Source: Flavobacteriales bacterium (GTDB lineage Bacteria > Bacteroidota > Bacteroidia > Flavobacteriales_G > JALEGO01). From it: a stretch of DNA of 64,000 nt. The position numbers and the translations under genes are program-made. Positions within the stretch are counted from its first letter, which is position 1. The number at the start of each line of letters is the position of its first letter. The DNA is taken from positions 47,878 through 111,877 of the forward strand of contig JAHDEG010000007.1 of the NCBI GenBank assembly GCA_020628935.1, written 5' to 3'. Shown one piece after another: positions 1 to 12,417 of the stretch. Below the pieces are notes generated by a model, which was given only the letters and a program-made list of their open reading frames with translations, did not search any database and was not told where the DNA came from.

Positions 1-1623
1 AATGCGCAAAATGACTCCCTAAAAATGGATGAAATCTATGTAGTAAAAGAGTTCAACCCAGTAGTTTCTTCAAACGGGAATAAAGTTTTATTTAGTCCAA
101 AAATTATTAAAAGCAGCATAGAAAAAAAGCCAACTAATTATTCTTTTATCAATAAAGATTATCCAATTACATTTAATCCTTCACCGATTAATGCTGCTAG
201 AATGAAAAAAGAATCTTTAAACAGGTTATATAAGTCATATTTAAAAGTGGGTATAGGAAATTACTTATCCACTCAAGCTGAAGGGCATTTTTCAAGTACA
301 AGATCGAGCAAAAAAATGATAGGAGCGCATTTTAGTCATAAGGGTTCATCGGCTAAAATTAAAAACACAGGTTTTGCAGGATACAGTGAAAATAACGTGG
401 GTTTATTTGCCGAAAAATTTGGAAGGAAAAAAGTATTTTCATCCAAAGTAAACTACAATTATAACACTTATCATTACTACGGTTATGACCCAGTATTCTT
501 TCCAGAGCTCAATAAAAAAAATACTGATGTATATTATTCTAAACCTTCCATTGAGCTTAATCTTTATGATTACCCACTCACTAAAGACACTATAACTAGC
601 ACCGTATCAAACATCGGCTTCAAATATCAATACCAAATCGATCACTTAAAAACGAATGAGCATAATCCAATTTTAAGCTACAAATTAACTAAACCAGTTA
701 ATACTGATTTACTTGAAATTAATACCCTACTAGATATAAATACAGCTAAACAATTAGATAGCATAAATAGTGCTAGTACAATTTTTTATGCAACACCATC
801 CTTCAAAACCAGAAAAGATAAACTATCAGTAAGTTTGGGTGCTGGAATATTTGTAAACGGTGAAACCGAAACTAAGCTGTATTTCAAACCAATAATAGAT
901 GCGCGATACAATTTAGTACAAAATATAATTGTACCGTACATTGGTATCACTGGAGATGTAAGAAGAAATAATTACTCTTCACTAGCTTTAATAAATCCTT
1001 ACATCAATTCCAATTTTATTTCCTTAAAGAACACTAATCAACAAATTAAATTATACGGAGGTATAAGAAGTGAAATAAGTAATGAAATAACCACTGATGT
1101 TAATATTTCATACGAACAACTCCAAAATACACCATTATTTATCAATGACACATTTGGAATTATTAACAATCAATTTATAGTTGTTTATGAAGATATGAGT
1201 ATCACAAAATTCAATGTAAGCGCATCTTACAATGTATTAAGTAATTTAGAAATCAATAGCTCTGTAGAATATAATATTTTTGATTTGAGCTCACAATTAA
1301 AAGCATGGCACAGACCCTCACTAGTAGTAAATGCTGGAGGCAGGTACAACATACAAAACAAGTTAATTCTTAGTACAAATATTATTTACAATGGCATTAG
1401 GTATGCTAAAATATATGGTATTGAAGATGGTTTTACAACTACCTTTCAAAGTAGGGAATTAAAAGCATTTCTAGATTTGAATATTGGAGCAGAATACAGA
1501 TATTCTAAAAAAATATCTGCTTTTGCTTACTTAAACAATATTACTGGAGGAAGATACTTACAATGGTACAATTACCCTGTTCAGCCTATCAATATTATAG
1601 GGGGAGTAAGTATGCTTTTTTAA
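1..1623 (+). CDS. Outer-membrane beta-barrel protein (putative porin-like), probably 5'-truncated by the window edge
   Basis: The frame of ORF 25..1623 stays open back to base 1, and the listed Met is not followed by a signal peptide, so the gene probably starts upstream. The sequence is rich in Y/N/G/S with alternating strand-like segments. The C-terminus ...IIGGVSMLF ends in Phe, as in OM beta-barrels. Confidence 0.5.
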   Translation, partial: NAQNDSLKMDEIYVVKEFNPVVSSNGNKVLFSPKIIKSSIEKKPTNYSFINKDYPITFNPSPINAARMKKESLNRLYKSYLKVGIGNYLSTQAEGHFSSTRSSKKMIGAHFSHKGSSAKIKNTGFAGYSENNVGLFAEKFGRKKVFSSKVNYNYNTYHYYGYDPVFFPELNKKNTDVYYSKPSIELNLYDYPLTKDTITSTVSNIGFKYQYQIDHLKTNEHNPILSYKLTKPVNTDLLEINTLLDINTAKQLDSINSASTIFYATPSFKTRKDKLSVSLGAGIFVNGETETKLYFKPIIDARYNLVQNIIVPYIGITGDVRRNNYSSLALINPYINSNFISLKNTNQQIKLYGGIRSEISNEITTDVNISYEQLQNTPLFINDTFGIINNQFIVVYEDMSITKFNVSASYNVLSNLEINSSVEYNIFDLSSQLKAWHRPSLVVNAGGRYNIQNKLILSTNIIYNGIRYAKIYGIEDGFTTTFQSRELKAFLDLNIGAEYRYSKKISAFAYLNNITGGRYLQWYNYPVQPINIIGGVSMLF

Positions 1624-1682
1624 ACTGTTAATTAACTGTTGAAAAATGCAGTCAATTTACCCAATAAAACCACTTAATGTGA

Positions 1683-3671
<1,989 letters not shown>

Positions 3672-3726
3672 ATAAATTGCAAAAAAAGCAACTTTTTGTG
3701 TCGTTTTAACGATTAAGGGGTAGGTT

Positions 3727-6700
3727 TTGAAATCATCCATCAAAATATTATCCCTTTTTTTATGCTTAGCATTTTCGCTAACAAATTTTTACAATGCTTC
3801 CGCAATCACCAATGCAACGGGAAACTTTCAACAGACTGTAACGCAGTATTCAAATGGATCAACAGATGATCCTATATACATCTATTGTGGCATCGATAGT
3901 AATTCAATGGGGCTCTCAGCTAGTAACGGTGTAGGTAATTTTAATTACCAATGGTCAAAGTACAATCCAGTAACTAACTCTTTTGATGCGTTTTTCACAG
4001 ACAACAATACGCAAACATCCTCCATAAATAATATTTCTTCAGGAGGATATAAAGTAAAAATATCAGATTTAAGTAATAGTGTAATTTCTTGCGAAATAAG
4101 CTGGGTATTTGCTTCTAAAGTAAACCATGAGATTAGTGTAAACAATAACTCTTGCAGCGATTATAATATAAGTTTAAATACCATTATTGAAGATAGCTTT
4201 AAGTACTACTATCCTCCAAAAGAAACATTAATAATAGATTCAAATACTTCAATTAATGTTTGTATAGATGCAGAACACTTTATACCATCAGACTTGGGTT
4301 TTGTTTTATATGGTCCAACCAATTGTGGAAGCCCAGCAGTTACGCTTGCTCCTCACCACAATGCGTTGGCCGGATGTTTAGGAGTAACTTGTCCGCCCCC
4401 AAATTTTCCTGGATCACAAATAACAAACCTTTGCTTTAATTCCGCTTCTACAAACAGCTTTTATATATGTGATGCTGGCTTCAGCAACCCTACTGGTGAA
4501 TACGCATGGTATGACGACACTTATTGTTCTTTGGGTGGAGGAGGATATCCTACAAGTACCTTTTCAGACTTTGAAGGATGCCTTGCTACTGATTCAGGAT
4601 GGGCCATTCAAGTTTTTGACGGCAGAAACGGAACAAGTGGCACACTCAAAAATGTAGATATTACCATATCTAAGCAAAACGGACTCTGTAATCCTATAGT
4701 AATTGAACATAAATCAGGAGCACTAAACCTACCTATAGACGATAATAAATTTACTACCTTAACCGCAACAAAATATACATTACCTGCATACACACAAAAT
4801 ATAACTAATGAACAAGATAGCTTTACTGTAGATTTTATAAACAGTAATCTATCAATTAACTGGACATCAGATAACCCAAACGTTACAATAAATACTCCTA
4901 ATTCAGACACCTTAAAAATCAGCAATCTACCACAAGAAGATACTTGGTTTTACGTCTCATCAACAAATTATTTCAACTGCACCTATGCCGATTCTATATT
5001 TTATCAAAGTCTTAATCAAAAAATTGACAGCATAACAATTATACCGCCTAGCTGTTTTGACAGCGCAACTGGTGAAATATTAATTCACGCCACGTGGGCC
5101 AATCAATTTAGTATTGATAACGGAACCTCTTGGCAATCATCAAACGAATTTAATAACATCACTAAGGGAAATTTTCAAATTATAGCCCTCTCTAGTTCAG
5201 GATGCTCAGATGACTCATTAATTACAGTCGCTGATCCTCCAAAATTAATTATCGATTCTTATGTTACAGCAAACCCATCGTGTAATAACACATGCAATGG
5301 AATGATAGAAATTAACCCAAACGGAGGAACACCTCCTTACACTCACACATGGAATATTAATAATTCGAACATAAACTCTCAAAATAATTTATGTGCCGGA
5401 AATTACCAAATCACCACAAGTGATGTTAACGGATGCATAAAAGACACTAGTTTTATACTAAACGAACCAGAACCTTTAGAAATAGTAACTGAAATAGATA
5501 GCGCTAACTGTAATGGAAATAACGGCAAAATAAGCCTTAATTACATTAGTGGCGGAACTCCTCCCCTGACCTATGTTTGGAATAACGGAAACTCTACGAA
5601 TACACTAAATAATGTCAACACTGGCATATATTCGGTAACGGTAACAGACAATAATTCTTGCGACAGCGTATTTAGTAATCTTGAAGTAATTTCAAAACAA
5701 AACCTAACTGTAAGTATAAATAAAATGGATACTACCCTTTGTTATGGAGCAAATATCAATTTAGAAGCAATCAGTTCAAGCGGAACAGCTCCATACACCT
5801 ATTTATGGAATAATGGTTCAAGCAATAAGACAATAACATCCGATAGTATTTTGGCAAACTGCTATGCAGTAACCGTTACAGATGCAACTGGATGTACAAA
5901 TCAATCAGAACAAACCTGCGTTAACTTATATGAACCAATTACAAACTCTATTGATCAGCTCTCATTAAAAATCTGTGAAGGAGATAGCCTAACTTTTACA
6001 ATTGAAGCAAATGGCGGAAATCCATCAAATCCATTAAATATTAATTGGGAAGGATTTAGCAGTAACAGTTTTTCACCTACAATTTATCCTCAAGGGGCAT
6101 TTCCTGACACCAACTATTATAAAGCAATAGTATCTGATGGAGGATGCAGTACAAACGATACCTCTTATTACGAAGTTAGTTTTTATGGAGCCCCAGAAAT
6201 AGATTTTTCATCAGATGTTACTGAAGGATGCGCGCCATTAAACGTAAATTTCAAACATGAGAATGAACAAAGTATTAATTGTATTTGGAAAATTGATAGC
6301 CTAACAACCCTTACTGGCTGCAGCAGCACCAATTTTACTTTTAACAAGGAAGGAATATTTGACGTAAATTTATTGGTGAATTTTGGAGGAAACTGCCTCA
6401 TTTCTACTACCAAAGAAAATTTCATAACAGTTAAAAAGTCTCCTGAGTTAGAATTTACAATCGAGAATCAAAACTTAACTTTAAACGATGCATCTACCAA
6501 GCTAACTAATCTCACCAACAGAAATAACAACACAAGCTGGAGTATTTATGATTCACAAAATAACATTTTGGTTTTAGAGGAAAGCTCGTACTCACCCACC
6601 GTTGATTTTTCAAGCTTTATTTCAAATCCCTCAAATAATTTTGCACTTGGCACCAACAATTTACTTTATGATGTAGAGCTCAAGGCTACAAACTCATTTG

Positions 6701-7029
6701 GTTGCAGCAATAGCTTAACTAAACAAGTTAGCATAGATGCCAATCATGCTATTTTTATACCAACTGCCTTTACACCAAATGCAGATAATATAAATGAAGA
6801 ATTTTTGCCACACGGTTTTGGTATACTACCAAACGAAGACTATGAATTTAAAATTTTTGATAGGTGGGGAACGCTAGTATTTGAAACCAACCTAAGCACT
6901 GAAGGCTGGAACGGCAAAACTAAAAATAATAAGTCAGCTAAAATGGGAGTGTACGCATGGAGTATACAATATAAAACCATAAAAGGTAAGCTTGTATACA
7001 AATCTGGGTATTTCAACCTACTTCTTTGA
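3727..7029 (+). CDS. Giant secreted adhesin-like protein with SprB repeats, a PKD-like domain and a T9SS type-B (gliding-motility CHU_C-type) C-terminal sorting domain
   Basis: It has a TTG start and the signal peptide MKSSIKILSLFLCLAFSL. Repeated C-x-G-x-NG-x-I...GGTPPYTxxWN units are SprB repeats. The C-terminus is IFIPTAFTPNADNINEEF...FKIFDRWGTLVFE...GWNGK...GVYAW. Confidence 0.85.
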   Translation: MKSSIKILSLFLCLAFSLTNFYNASAITNATGNFQQTVTQYSNGSTDDPIYIYCGIDSNSMGLSASNGVGNFNYQWSKYNPVTNSFDAFFTDNNTQTSSINNISSGGYKVKISDLSNSVISCEISWVFASKVNHEISVNNNSCSDYNISLNTIIEDSFKYYYPPKETLIIDSNTSINVCIDAEHFIPSDLGFVLYGPTNCGSPAVTLAPHHNALAGCLGVTCPPPNFPGSQITNLCFNSASTNSFYICDAGFSNPTGEYAWYDDTYCSLGGGGYPTSTFSDFEGCLATDSGWAIQVFDGRNGTSGTLKNVDITISKQNGLCNPIVIEHKSGALNLPIDDNKFTTLTATKYTLPAYTQNITNEQDSFTVDFINSNLSINWTSDNPNVTINTPNSDTLKISNLPQEDTWFYVSSTNYFNCTYADSIFYQSLNQKIDSITIIPPSCFDSATGEILIHATWANQFSIDNGTSWQSSNEFNNITKGNFQIIALSSSGCSDDSLITVADPPKLIIDSYVTANPSCNNTCNGMIEINPNGGTPPYTHTWNINNSNINSQNNLCAGNYQITTSDVNGCIKDTSFILNEPEPLEIVTEIDSANCNGNNGKISLNYISGGTPPLTYVWNNGNSTNTLNNVNTGIYSVTVTDNNSCDSVFSNLEVISKQNLTVSINKMDTTLCYGANINLEAISSSGTAPYTYLWNNGSSNKTITSDSILANCYAVTVTDATGCTNQSEQTCVNLYEPITNSIDQLSLKICEGDSLTFTIEANGGNPSNPLNINWEGFSSNSFSPTIYPQGAFPDTNYYKAIVSDGGCSTNDTSYYEVSFYGAPEIDFSSDVTEGCAPLNVNFKHENEQSINCIWKIDSLTTLTGCSSTNFTFNKEGIFDVNLLVNFGGNCLISTTKENFITVKKSPELEFTIENQNLTLNDASTKLTNLTNRNNNTSWSIYDSQNNILVLEESSYSPTVDFSSFISNPSNNFALGTNNLLYDVELKATNSFGCSNSLTKQVSIDANHAIFIPTAFTPNADNINEEFLPHGFGILPNEDYEFKIFDRWGTLVFETNLSTEGWNGKTKNNKSAKMGVYAWSIQYKTIKGKLVYKSGYFNLLL

Positions 7030-7069
7030 TTGATTTTATTTTTATATTCGTATACTATATATTACGAAA

Positions 7070-7642
7070 ATGAAATTAAAACAATTATCTCTGTTATTAA
7101 TACTTACCTCTCTTACAGTTGGCAGTATTAAAGCTCAAATTACAGTTGAGGGAATAACATTTGACAAAAATTATTCATATAAAAATAATAATCTTACCTT
7201 AAACGGTGCTGGGCTAAGAGAGAAACTATGGATAGATTTGTATGTAGCCGGATTGTATGTCGAAAATGTAGACCTGCATAAAAACAATATTGCCGATTTA
7301 AATAAACCAATGGCAATTAATATTGAAATAGTCTCAAGTTTAATTACAGGAGAAAAAATGGCAGATGCAATTCTCGAAGGTTTTGAAAAATCTACAAACA
7401 GCAATACAGCCCCTATTCAGAAGGAAGTTGATGCCTTTTTAAATGTTTTTAAGTCCAACCCATTCACTAAAGGTGATAAATGTAAATTAATTTACACACC
7501 TGAAGATGGAGTACAAATACTTATAAATGATAAATACACCAAAACAATTAAAGGTTTTGAATTTAAGAAAGCATTATTCAATATTTGGCTAGGTAAAAAC
7601 AGTGTTGATGATGACCTAAAAAAATCACTCCTTAAAAAGTAA
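7070..7642 (+). CDS. Chalcone-isomerase-like family protein (secreted)
   Basis: It has a signal peptide (…SIKAQ) followed by TVEGITF...LTLNGAGLREKLWIDLYVAGLYVE. This N-terminal pattern is typical of bacterial chalcone-isomerase-like periplasmic proteins. Confidence 0.6.
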   Translation: MKLKQLSLLLILTSLTVGSIKAQITVEGITFDKNYSYKNNNLTLNGAGLREKLWIDLYVAGLYVENVDLHKNNIADLNKPMAINIEIVSSLITGEKMADAILEGFEKSTNSNTAPIQKEVDAFLNVFKSNPFTKGDKCKLIYTPEDGVQILINDKYTKTIKGFEFKKALFNIWLGKNSVDDDLKKSLLKK

Positions 7643-7690
7643 CCTTTATACATTAATAAACGTAGTTTAAATTACAATAACCCATACGAT

Positions 7691-10600
7691 ATGAAAACAA
7701 ATTTTATTTTATTAATATTTGCACTCTTTCAAATTACATACTTGAACGCTCAAACAAGTTTCACTGCAAGCTCAAGCGGGAACTTTGGAGATGGAGCAAC
7801 TTGGGGTAACACTAGTCCAGGTGTTAGAGGTGTTGACTATCCAGGTTCTGGTGACACTGCTATCATACCTGCTGCTACGATTATTACAGTAGCCCAAAAT
7901 GATACATGTTCTGTAATTAGCCAGTTATTTGACGGTTCTTTCACAAGTTCTTTCATAATAAATAGTGGAGATACATTGATTATTGAAAATACTTGGACAA
8001 TGCTCACGACTGAAGATTTCGCAAATGTTGATGTTCAAGTTAACGGATTAGTTAATGTTGGAGGAAGATATTCTACAACTGTCATAAATTCAAGTTGTTT
8101 TGGAGGTATTACAATCGGAAGTTCAGGAGAACTTAATTTAAATTCTGTAGCAGCAAATCAAATTTTGTTAAACGGAACAGATAATTTGTTTACTATTCAA
8201 CAAGATGGAATCCTTAATGTAAGTGCAAATTTATTAATTAGACCTCAAAACGGGTCAGATGTAACGTTTAATGTAAACTCAAAAACTACATTTAATTCTT
8301 CATTAATACTTGCTCAATCGGGTAGCGGATCAACTATAAATGTTAATGTAGATGATACATTACACTTAAAAGATTTGACAATGAGTATTGTTGGAGGTGG
8401 AATAGGCTCAGATATTACATTAGACTTAACTACAGCTGGTGCAACAGTTTTCCTTTCTGGTAACTTTAACGCTCCTTCAGGAGGTACTATCGCTTCTAAT
8501 TTATCAAATTCATCTTCTTTTATATATAACGGCAGTTCACTACAAACCATTCAACTTAGCTCAAGCATTGTTTACCACAACTTAGTTATTGACAATCCTG
8601 TGGGAGCAAGAATTACCAAAATTTTAAAAAAAGCGCGAATATTAAATAATCTAATTATAAAGGATGGTGCGCAGTTTCGTTCAAATGGATTTAATGCCAG
8701 AGTTGGAGCCAATTTAACTTTTGAAGGAACAGGATCATTTGTACCAAATACTAATGACACCCTCAAATTAAACGGAACTGCACAGCAGATAATCGCTGGA
8801 GACCATAATTTCACTGGTGTAGTTTTAGTTTCTAATACATCAGCGAATGGTATAGACTTAGATCCTACATCTAACTTAACATTTAGCAAGCTTATTTTAG
8901 ATGCAAATGGAAATTTTGAAAGCAACGGAGCAAACTTTCAAATAACTGGTGATCTAATTGATAACGGAATCTTTACTATGGATTCTGGAGATACTTTAAC
9001 ATTTAATGGTGGCACCACTCAAACAGTTACTGGTAGAACAATTTTTGATGCAGTTAAGATAAATAATAATAGTACACTTAATCTTCTATCTGGTACAGAT
9101 AGTATTGTTTTTCAAGATATTATAATAGAAAGTAGTTCGGTATTAGATAATGATGATAAAAACTTTTCAGTGAGAGGCAACTGGGTAAACAATGCTGGCC
9201 CCAACGGCTTTACTCCTGAGCAAAACTCAAGAGTGCGTTTTAACGGTACAAATACTCAAAGCATTGAGGGGGCAGACTCAACGTATTTTGAAAATATTGT
9301 TATTAACAATAGCTCAGCATCGTTTCCGTCTGTCAACTTAAATCAAGTCGCAGTTCTTAGAGGTTTACTAGATGTTAATGATGGTCAATTAAATGCTAAT
9401 GGAAACTTAATATTAAATATTAACTCTGCTACAAGTTCAGGCGTATTGGGCAATCTGGGAGACTTTACACCCGAAACACCCTCAATTGTTGGAAATATTC
9501 AATATAAAAGGTCTTTAGAAGAAAACGATAGCGCTCATTGGTATTTAGTTGCATCACCTTTAATCAATCAGGCATTATCAGGTTGGACAGATGATACATA
9601 TTCGACTGGTTTCCCAGGCTCAGATGATCCTGGCTACTTATTCGTATCTATGTCAACTTGGGATGAATCAACTTGTTCTTTTACAACTCCAACCGCAGCT
9701 ACAGACAATTTAAATAACGGTTCAGATGAGTCTGGTTGGTTCGTTTATGCAAACACAGGTGAGGTATTAGACTTGGAAGGTGAAATCAAAGAAGGTACTG
9801 TTAGCATATCTGGTTTAACTTCATCAGCAACTGGATGTCCAGACGGAGATGGATGGCATCTAATAGGTAACCCTTACGCATCTCATGTTTTTTGGGATAA
9901 CGTCACGATGACAAATATTGCAGGTGCTTCGGGAGGCTCAGGATACGTTTTAAAAGAAGATGCTAGCGGAGATTACGTAGAATATGACCATAACACTGCT
10001 TCAGATATATTATCTGCAGGTGAAGGTATATGGGTTCAAGTAGCACCCGGACTACTTGGAACAGTAGAGTTTAATGAAGATGACAAAACATTAAGCACAC
10101 AAGATAACTTTAACTCTGTTCGTTTAACTTCAGATGTTGAAGAAGCTCTCTTGAACATTCACATGTTGGCAGATGGAACAAGAGAAGATAATGCAATAGT
10201 TGCTTTGAGAAGAGGTGTTAGTGTTGGTTATGAGTGGTTTAATGAAACTCAAAAAATAGCAAACGACAATAACTTTTTAAACATTGCTACAGAAGCTGAT
10301 TCTATTAAGTGCTTGTTCAACTCTATTCCAGATGAGGTTGATAGTATTAGAATTCCTATTAAATTTTACAGAAAGTTTAGCTCAGCAGGAAGTACCCATA
10401 CGTATGAACTCACCTTTAATAATGTAGAGGAGTTTTTATCCTACAACAAAGTATTGGTACTTGAGGATTCAGTTATGAATACATTTACAGAACTCACAAC
10501 TAACGGACAGCAAGTAACATTAATTGGCGATGATAACGGTGAAAGGAGATTCTTCTTAAACGTATACTCCCCTCTAGAATTCTCTAGCATCAACCCAACT

Positions 10601-12025
10601 TGCTTTAACACTTTAGATGGTTCAGCAATTGTTGAAGGAAGCGGTAATGGCCCATTTGATTATACTTGGATGGATAGTAATAACAACATTATTAGAAATG
10701 TAACTGGAGTACAAGGTGCCGATACCATAAACGGAATTGGCCAAGGAATATATAACGTTATTGTAAGTGGGAATTCTGATTTCGGAACTGTAACCAGCTT
10801 AGTAGAGCTCGTATCACCATTATCACCTGATGATATTGAAATTGATGTTGTTGCACCAACGTGTTTCAACGGAAATGATGGGGCTGCTTCAATTACATTC
10901 CCAGACACCGTAAATACAAACACATGGGAATGGTCATTTGGAGGCAACGATTCATTAGCTCAAAATCTTTCCTCAGGAAATTATACTGTTAGCATAAACA
11001 ATCCTAACGGCTGTATGGCAACAAAACAAGTCATTGTTCCGAACGGTCCGGAAATAATAATTAGCTCCACTACAACAGGTGTAAATTGCTACGGAGACGA
11101 AACCGGAGCCATATCTATAGCAACTCCAACTAGTAGTTATTATAGCATTGAGTGGTCTAATGGTAGTACTCAAGAATTTGTTTCGTCATTAACAGTTGGT
11201 ACATACACAGTAACTGTAACAGACTTAATTGATGGCTGTGAACAAATTGAATCTTATGAAATAATTGAACCAGACTCTATATCTACCAACGCAACCGTTA
11301 CTAATGTAAGCTGTAACGATGCACAAGATGGTTCAATTGTGGTAGATATTACTGGAGGAACTCCTCCTTACGAACTTGAATGGAATTTTGCTACACAATC
11401 AAATAGCAATCAATTAGATTCACTAAGTGGCGGTGTTTATATTGTAGAAATTGAAGATGCTCAAGAATGTATAACAAGTATGGCTGTTCAAGTTAATGAA
11501 CCCCAAGAAGTAAATGCCTTCTTTGAAATATTAAGTGACACTGTTCTCGTTAACGAAAATGTACTATTTGATAATTCTTCAATTGGAGCAAGTACATATG
11601 CGTGGGAATTTGGAGACGGTAATTCTAGTACACTACCAAACCCTACAAATGCCTATGCATCAGCAGGAGACTACGAGGTGATTTTAATTTCTAGTATTGA
11701 TGGTAACTGTGCCGACACTGCCTATGGTAACGTGAACGTTCAACTATTAACTAGCATAAACCCTAATTTTGATAATACTAACCCTATTCAAATAATTCAA
11801 AATACAAACAATCAAATTTTGTTAAATACGTATTTCGATAGACCTAGTTTTATTAAAATAGAAACGTATAACTCGGCTGGACAACTAGTTACACCAACCA
11901 TTTCCAGCACAGTACTGAATATTAGTTTAGAATTAGAAACCCCACAAACTAAGGGTATGTACTCTGTAATAGTCTTTGACAATAATGAAAAAATTCTTAC
12001 AACAAAGAAAATTATAATTAACTAG
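7691..12025 (+). CDS. Giant secreted protein (1444 aa) with SprB repeats, a PKD domain and a T9SS type-A (Por_Secre_tail) C-terminal sorting domain
   Basis: Signal peptide …YLNAQ. SprB repeats include CFNTLDGSA..GSGNGPFDYTW and CNDAQDGSIVVDITGGTPPYELEW. PKD motif YAWEFGDGNSSTLPNPTNAYASAGDYEV. C-terminal tail IKIETYNSAGQLV...KGMYSVIVFDNNEKILTTKKIIIN. Confidence 0.85.
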   Translation: MKTNFILLIFALFQITYLNAQTSFTASSSGNFGDGATWGNTSPGVRGVDYPGSGDTAIIPAATIITVAQNDTCSVISQLFDGSFTSSFIINSGDTLIIENTWTMLTTEDFANVDVQVNGLVNVGGRYSTTVINSSCFGGITIGSSGELNLNSVAANQILLNGTDNLFTIQQDGILNVSANLLIRPQNGSDVTFNVNSKTTFNSSLILAQSGSGSTINVNVDDTLHLKDLTMSIVGGGIGSDITLDLTTAGATVFLSGNFNAPSGGTIASNLSNSSSFIYNGSSLQTIQLSSSIVYHNLVIDNPVGARITKILKKARILNNLIIKDGAQFRSNGFNARVGANLTFEGTGSFVPNTNDTLKLNGTAQQIIAGDHNFTGVVLVSNTSANGIDLDPTSNLTFSKLILDANGNFESNGANFQITGDLIDNGIFTMDSGDTLTFNGGTTQTVTGRTIFDAVKINNNSTLNLLSGTDSIVFQDIIIESSSVLDNDDKNFSVRGNWVNNAGPNGFTPEQNSRVRFNGTNTQSIEGADSTYFENIVINNSSASFPSVNLNQVAVLRGLLDVNDGQLNANGNLILNINSATSSGVLGNLGDFTPETPSIVGNIQYKRSLEENDSAHWYLVASPLINQALSGWTDDTYSTGFPGSDDPGYLFVSMSTWDESTCSFTTPTAATDNLNNGSDESGWFVYANTGEVLDLEGEIKEGTVSISGLTSSATGCPDGDGWHLIGNPYASHVFWDNVTMTNIAGASGGSGYVLKEDASGDYVEYDHNTASDILSAGEGIWVQVAPGLLGTVEFNEDDKTLSTQDNFNSVRLTSDVEEALLNIHMLADGTREDNAIVALRRGVSVGYEWFNETQKIANDNNFLNIATEADSIKCLFNSIPDEVDSIRIPIKFYRKFSSAGSTHTYELTFNNVEEFLSYNKVLVLEDSVMNTFTELTTNGQQVTLIGDDNGERRFFLNVYSPLEFSSINPTCFNTLDGSAIVEGSGNGPFDYTWMDSNNNIIRNVTGVQGADTINGIGQGIYNVIVSGNSDFGTVTSLVELVSPLSPDDIEIDVVAPTCFNGNDGAASITFPDTVNTNTWEWSFGGNDSLAQNLSSGNYTVSINNPNGCMATKQVIVPNGPEIIISSTTTGVNCYGDETGAISIATPTSSYYSIEWSNGSTQEFVSSLTVGTYTVTVTDLIDGCEQIESYEIIEPDSISTNATVTNVSCNDAQDGSIVVDITGGTPPYELEWNFATQSNSNQLDSLSGGVYIVEIEDAQECITSMAVQVNEPQEVNAFFEILSDTVLVNENVLFDNSSIGASTYAWEFGDGNSSTLPNPTNAYASAGDYEVILISSIDGNCADTAYGNVNVQLLTSINPNFDNTNPIQIIQNTNNQILLNTYFDRPSFIKIETYNSAGQLVTPTISSTVLNISLELETPQTKGMYSVIVFDNNEKILTTKKIIIN

Positions 12026-12049
12026 AATACTATTCTAAGTAACTTTAAA

Positions 12050-12080
12050 GCCAGTAAATCAATGATTTACTGGCTTTTTT
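12050..12080 (+). terminator. Rho-independent terminator after the 1444-aa gene
   Basis: A perfect 11-bp stem (gccagtaaatc / gatttactggc) with a 3-nt loop is followed by TTTTTT. Confidence 0.8.
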
Positions 12081-12165
12081 ACGTTTAAAAAAAATATATA
12101 ATCAGTTATGTGTAGAATATTAACTTTATGTATGAACAACACTATATTGTTTGAATAATATTTGC

Positions 12166-12173
12166 TAAATTTG
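12166..12173 (+). promoter_or_regulatory. Candidate -7 box (TAaaTTTG) for the XrtF operon
   Basis: TAAATTTG matches TAnnTTTG. It ends 13 nt upstream of the ATG at 12187 and lies just downstream of the preceding terminator. Confidence 0.4.
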
Positions 12174-12186
12174 TGGCGTAATACAA

Positions 12187-12414
12187 ATGGTAAAAAAATA
12201 CTTCTACATAATTTTATTCTCAATTTGTGCGTTAACATTTAATTCGCATAAATTGTATGCTCCACCAGCTCCGCCAGCAGGTGGTGCTACTCCACCTTGC
12301 TGGCCTCCACCCTGTATTCCTATTGATGGGGCAACTGTATTGTTGGTTGCAGCAGGAATGTTAATTGGTGGAAGAGAAATAATGAAACTTAACCATAAGT
12401 CTTCTAAGGCATAA
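12187..12414 (+). CDS. Small secreted precursor with a PEP-CTERM-like (P-I-D type) C-terminal sorting tail; putative XrtF substrate
   Basis: The 75-aa product has three parts. First is the signal peptide MVKKYFYIILFSICALTFNSHKLYA. Next is the Pro-rich core PPAPPAGGATPPCWPPPCI. Last is P-I-D, the hydrophobic helix GATVLLVAAGMLIGG and the basic tail REIMKLNHKSSKA. The stop lies 3 nt before the exosortase ATG. Confidence 0.6.
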   Translation: MVKKYFYIILFSICALTFNSHKLYAPPAPPAGGATPPCWPPPCIPIDGATVLLVAAGMLIGGREIMKLNHKSSKA

Positions 12415-12417
12415 TAA

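Noticed and set aside
5200-5700. Recurrent DNA segments encoding GGTPPY..W motifs in three giant genes, considered as possible interspersed repeats or mobile elements
   Set aside because: They are in-frame protein-domain (SprB-type) repeats with divergent nucleotide sequence. They have no terminal inverted repeats or target duplications.
3945-11173. Short ORFs inside or antisense to the two giant + strand adhesin genes (3945..4145, 4469..4657, 4608..4925, 6183..6425, 8314..8550, 8572..8925, 10660..10947, 10973..11173)
   Set aside because: They lie entirely within long, motif-rich ORFs. Their translations are low-complexity with no recognisable motifs, so they are most likely frame artefacts.
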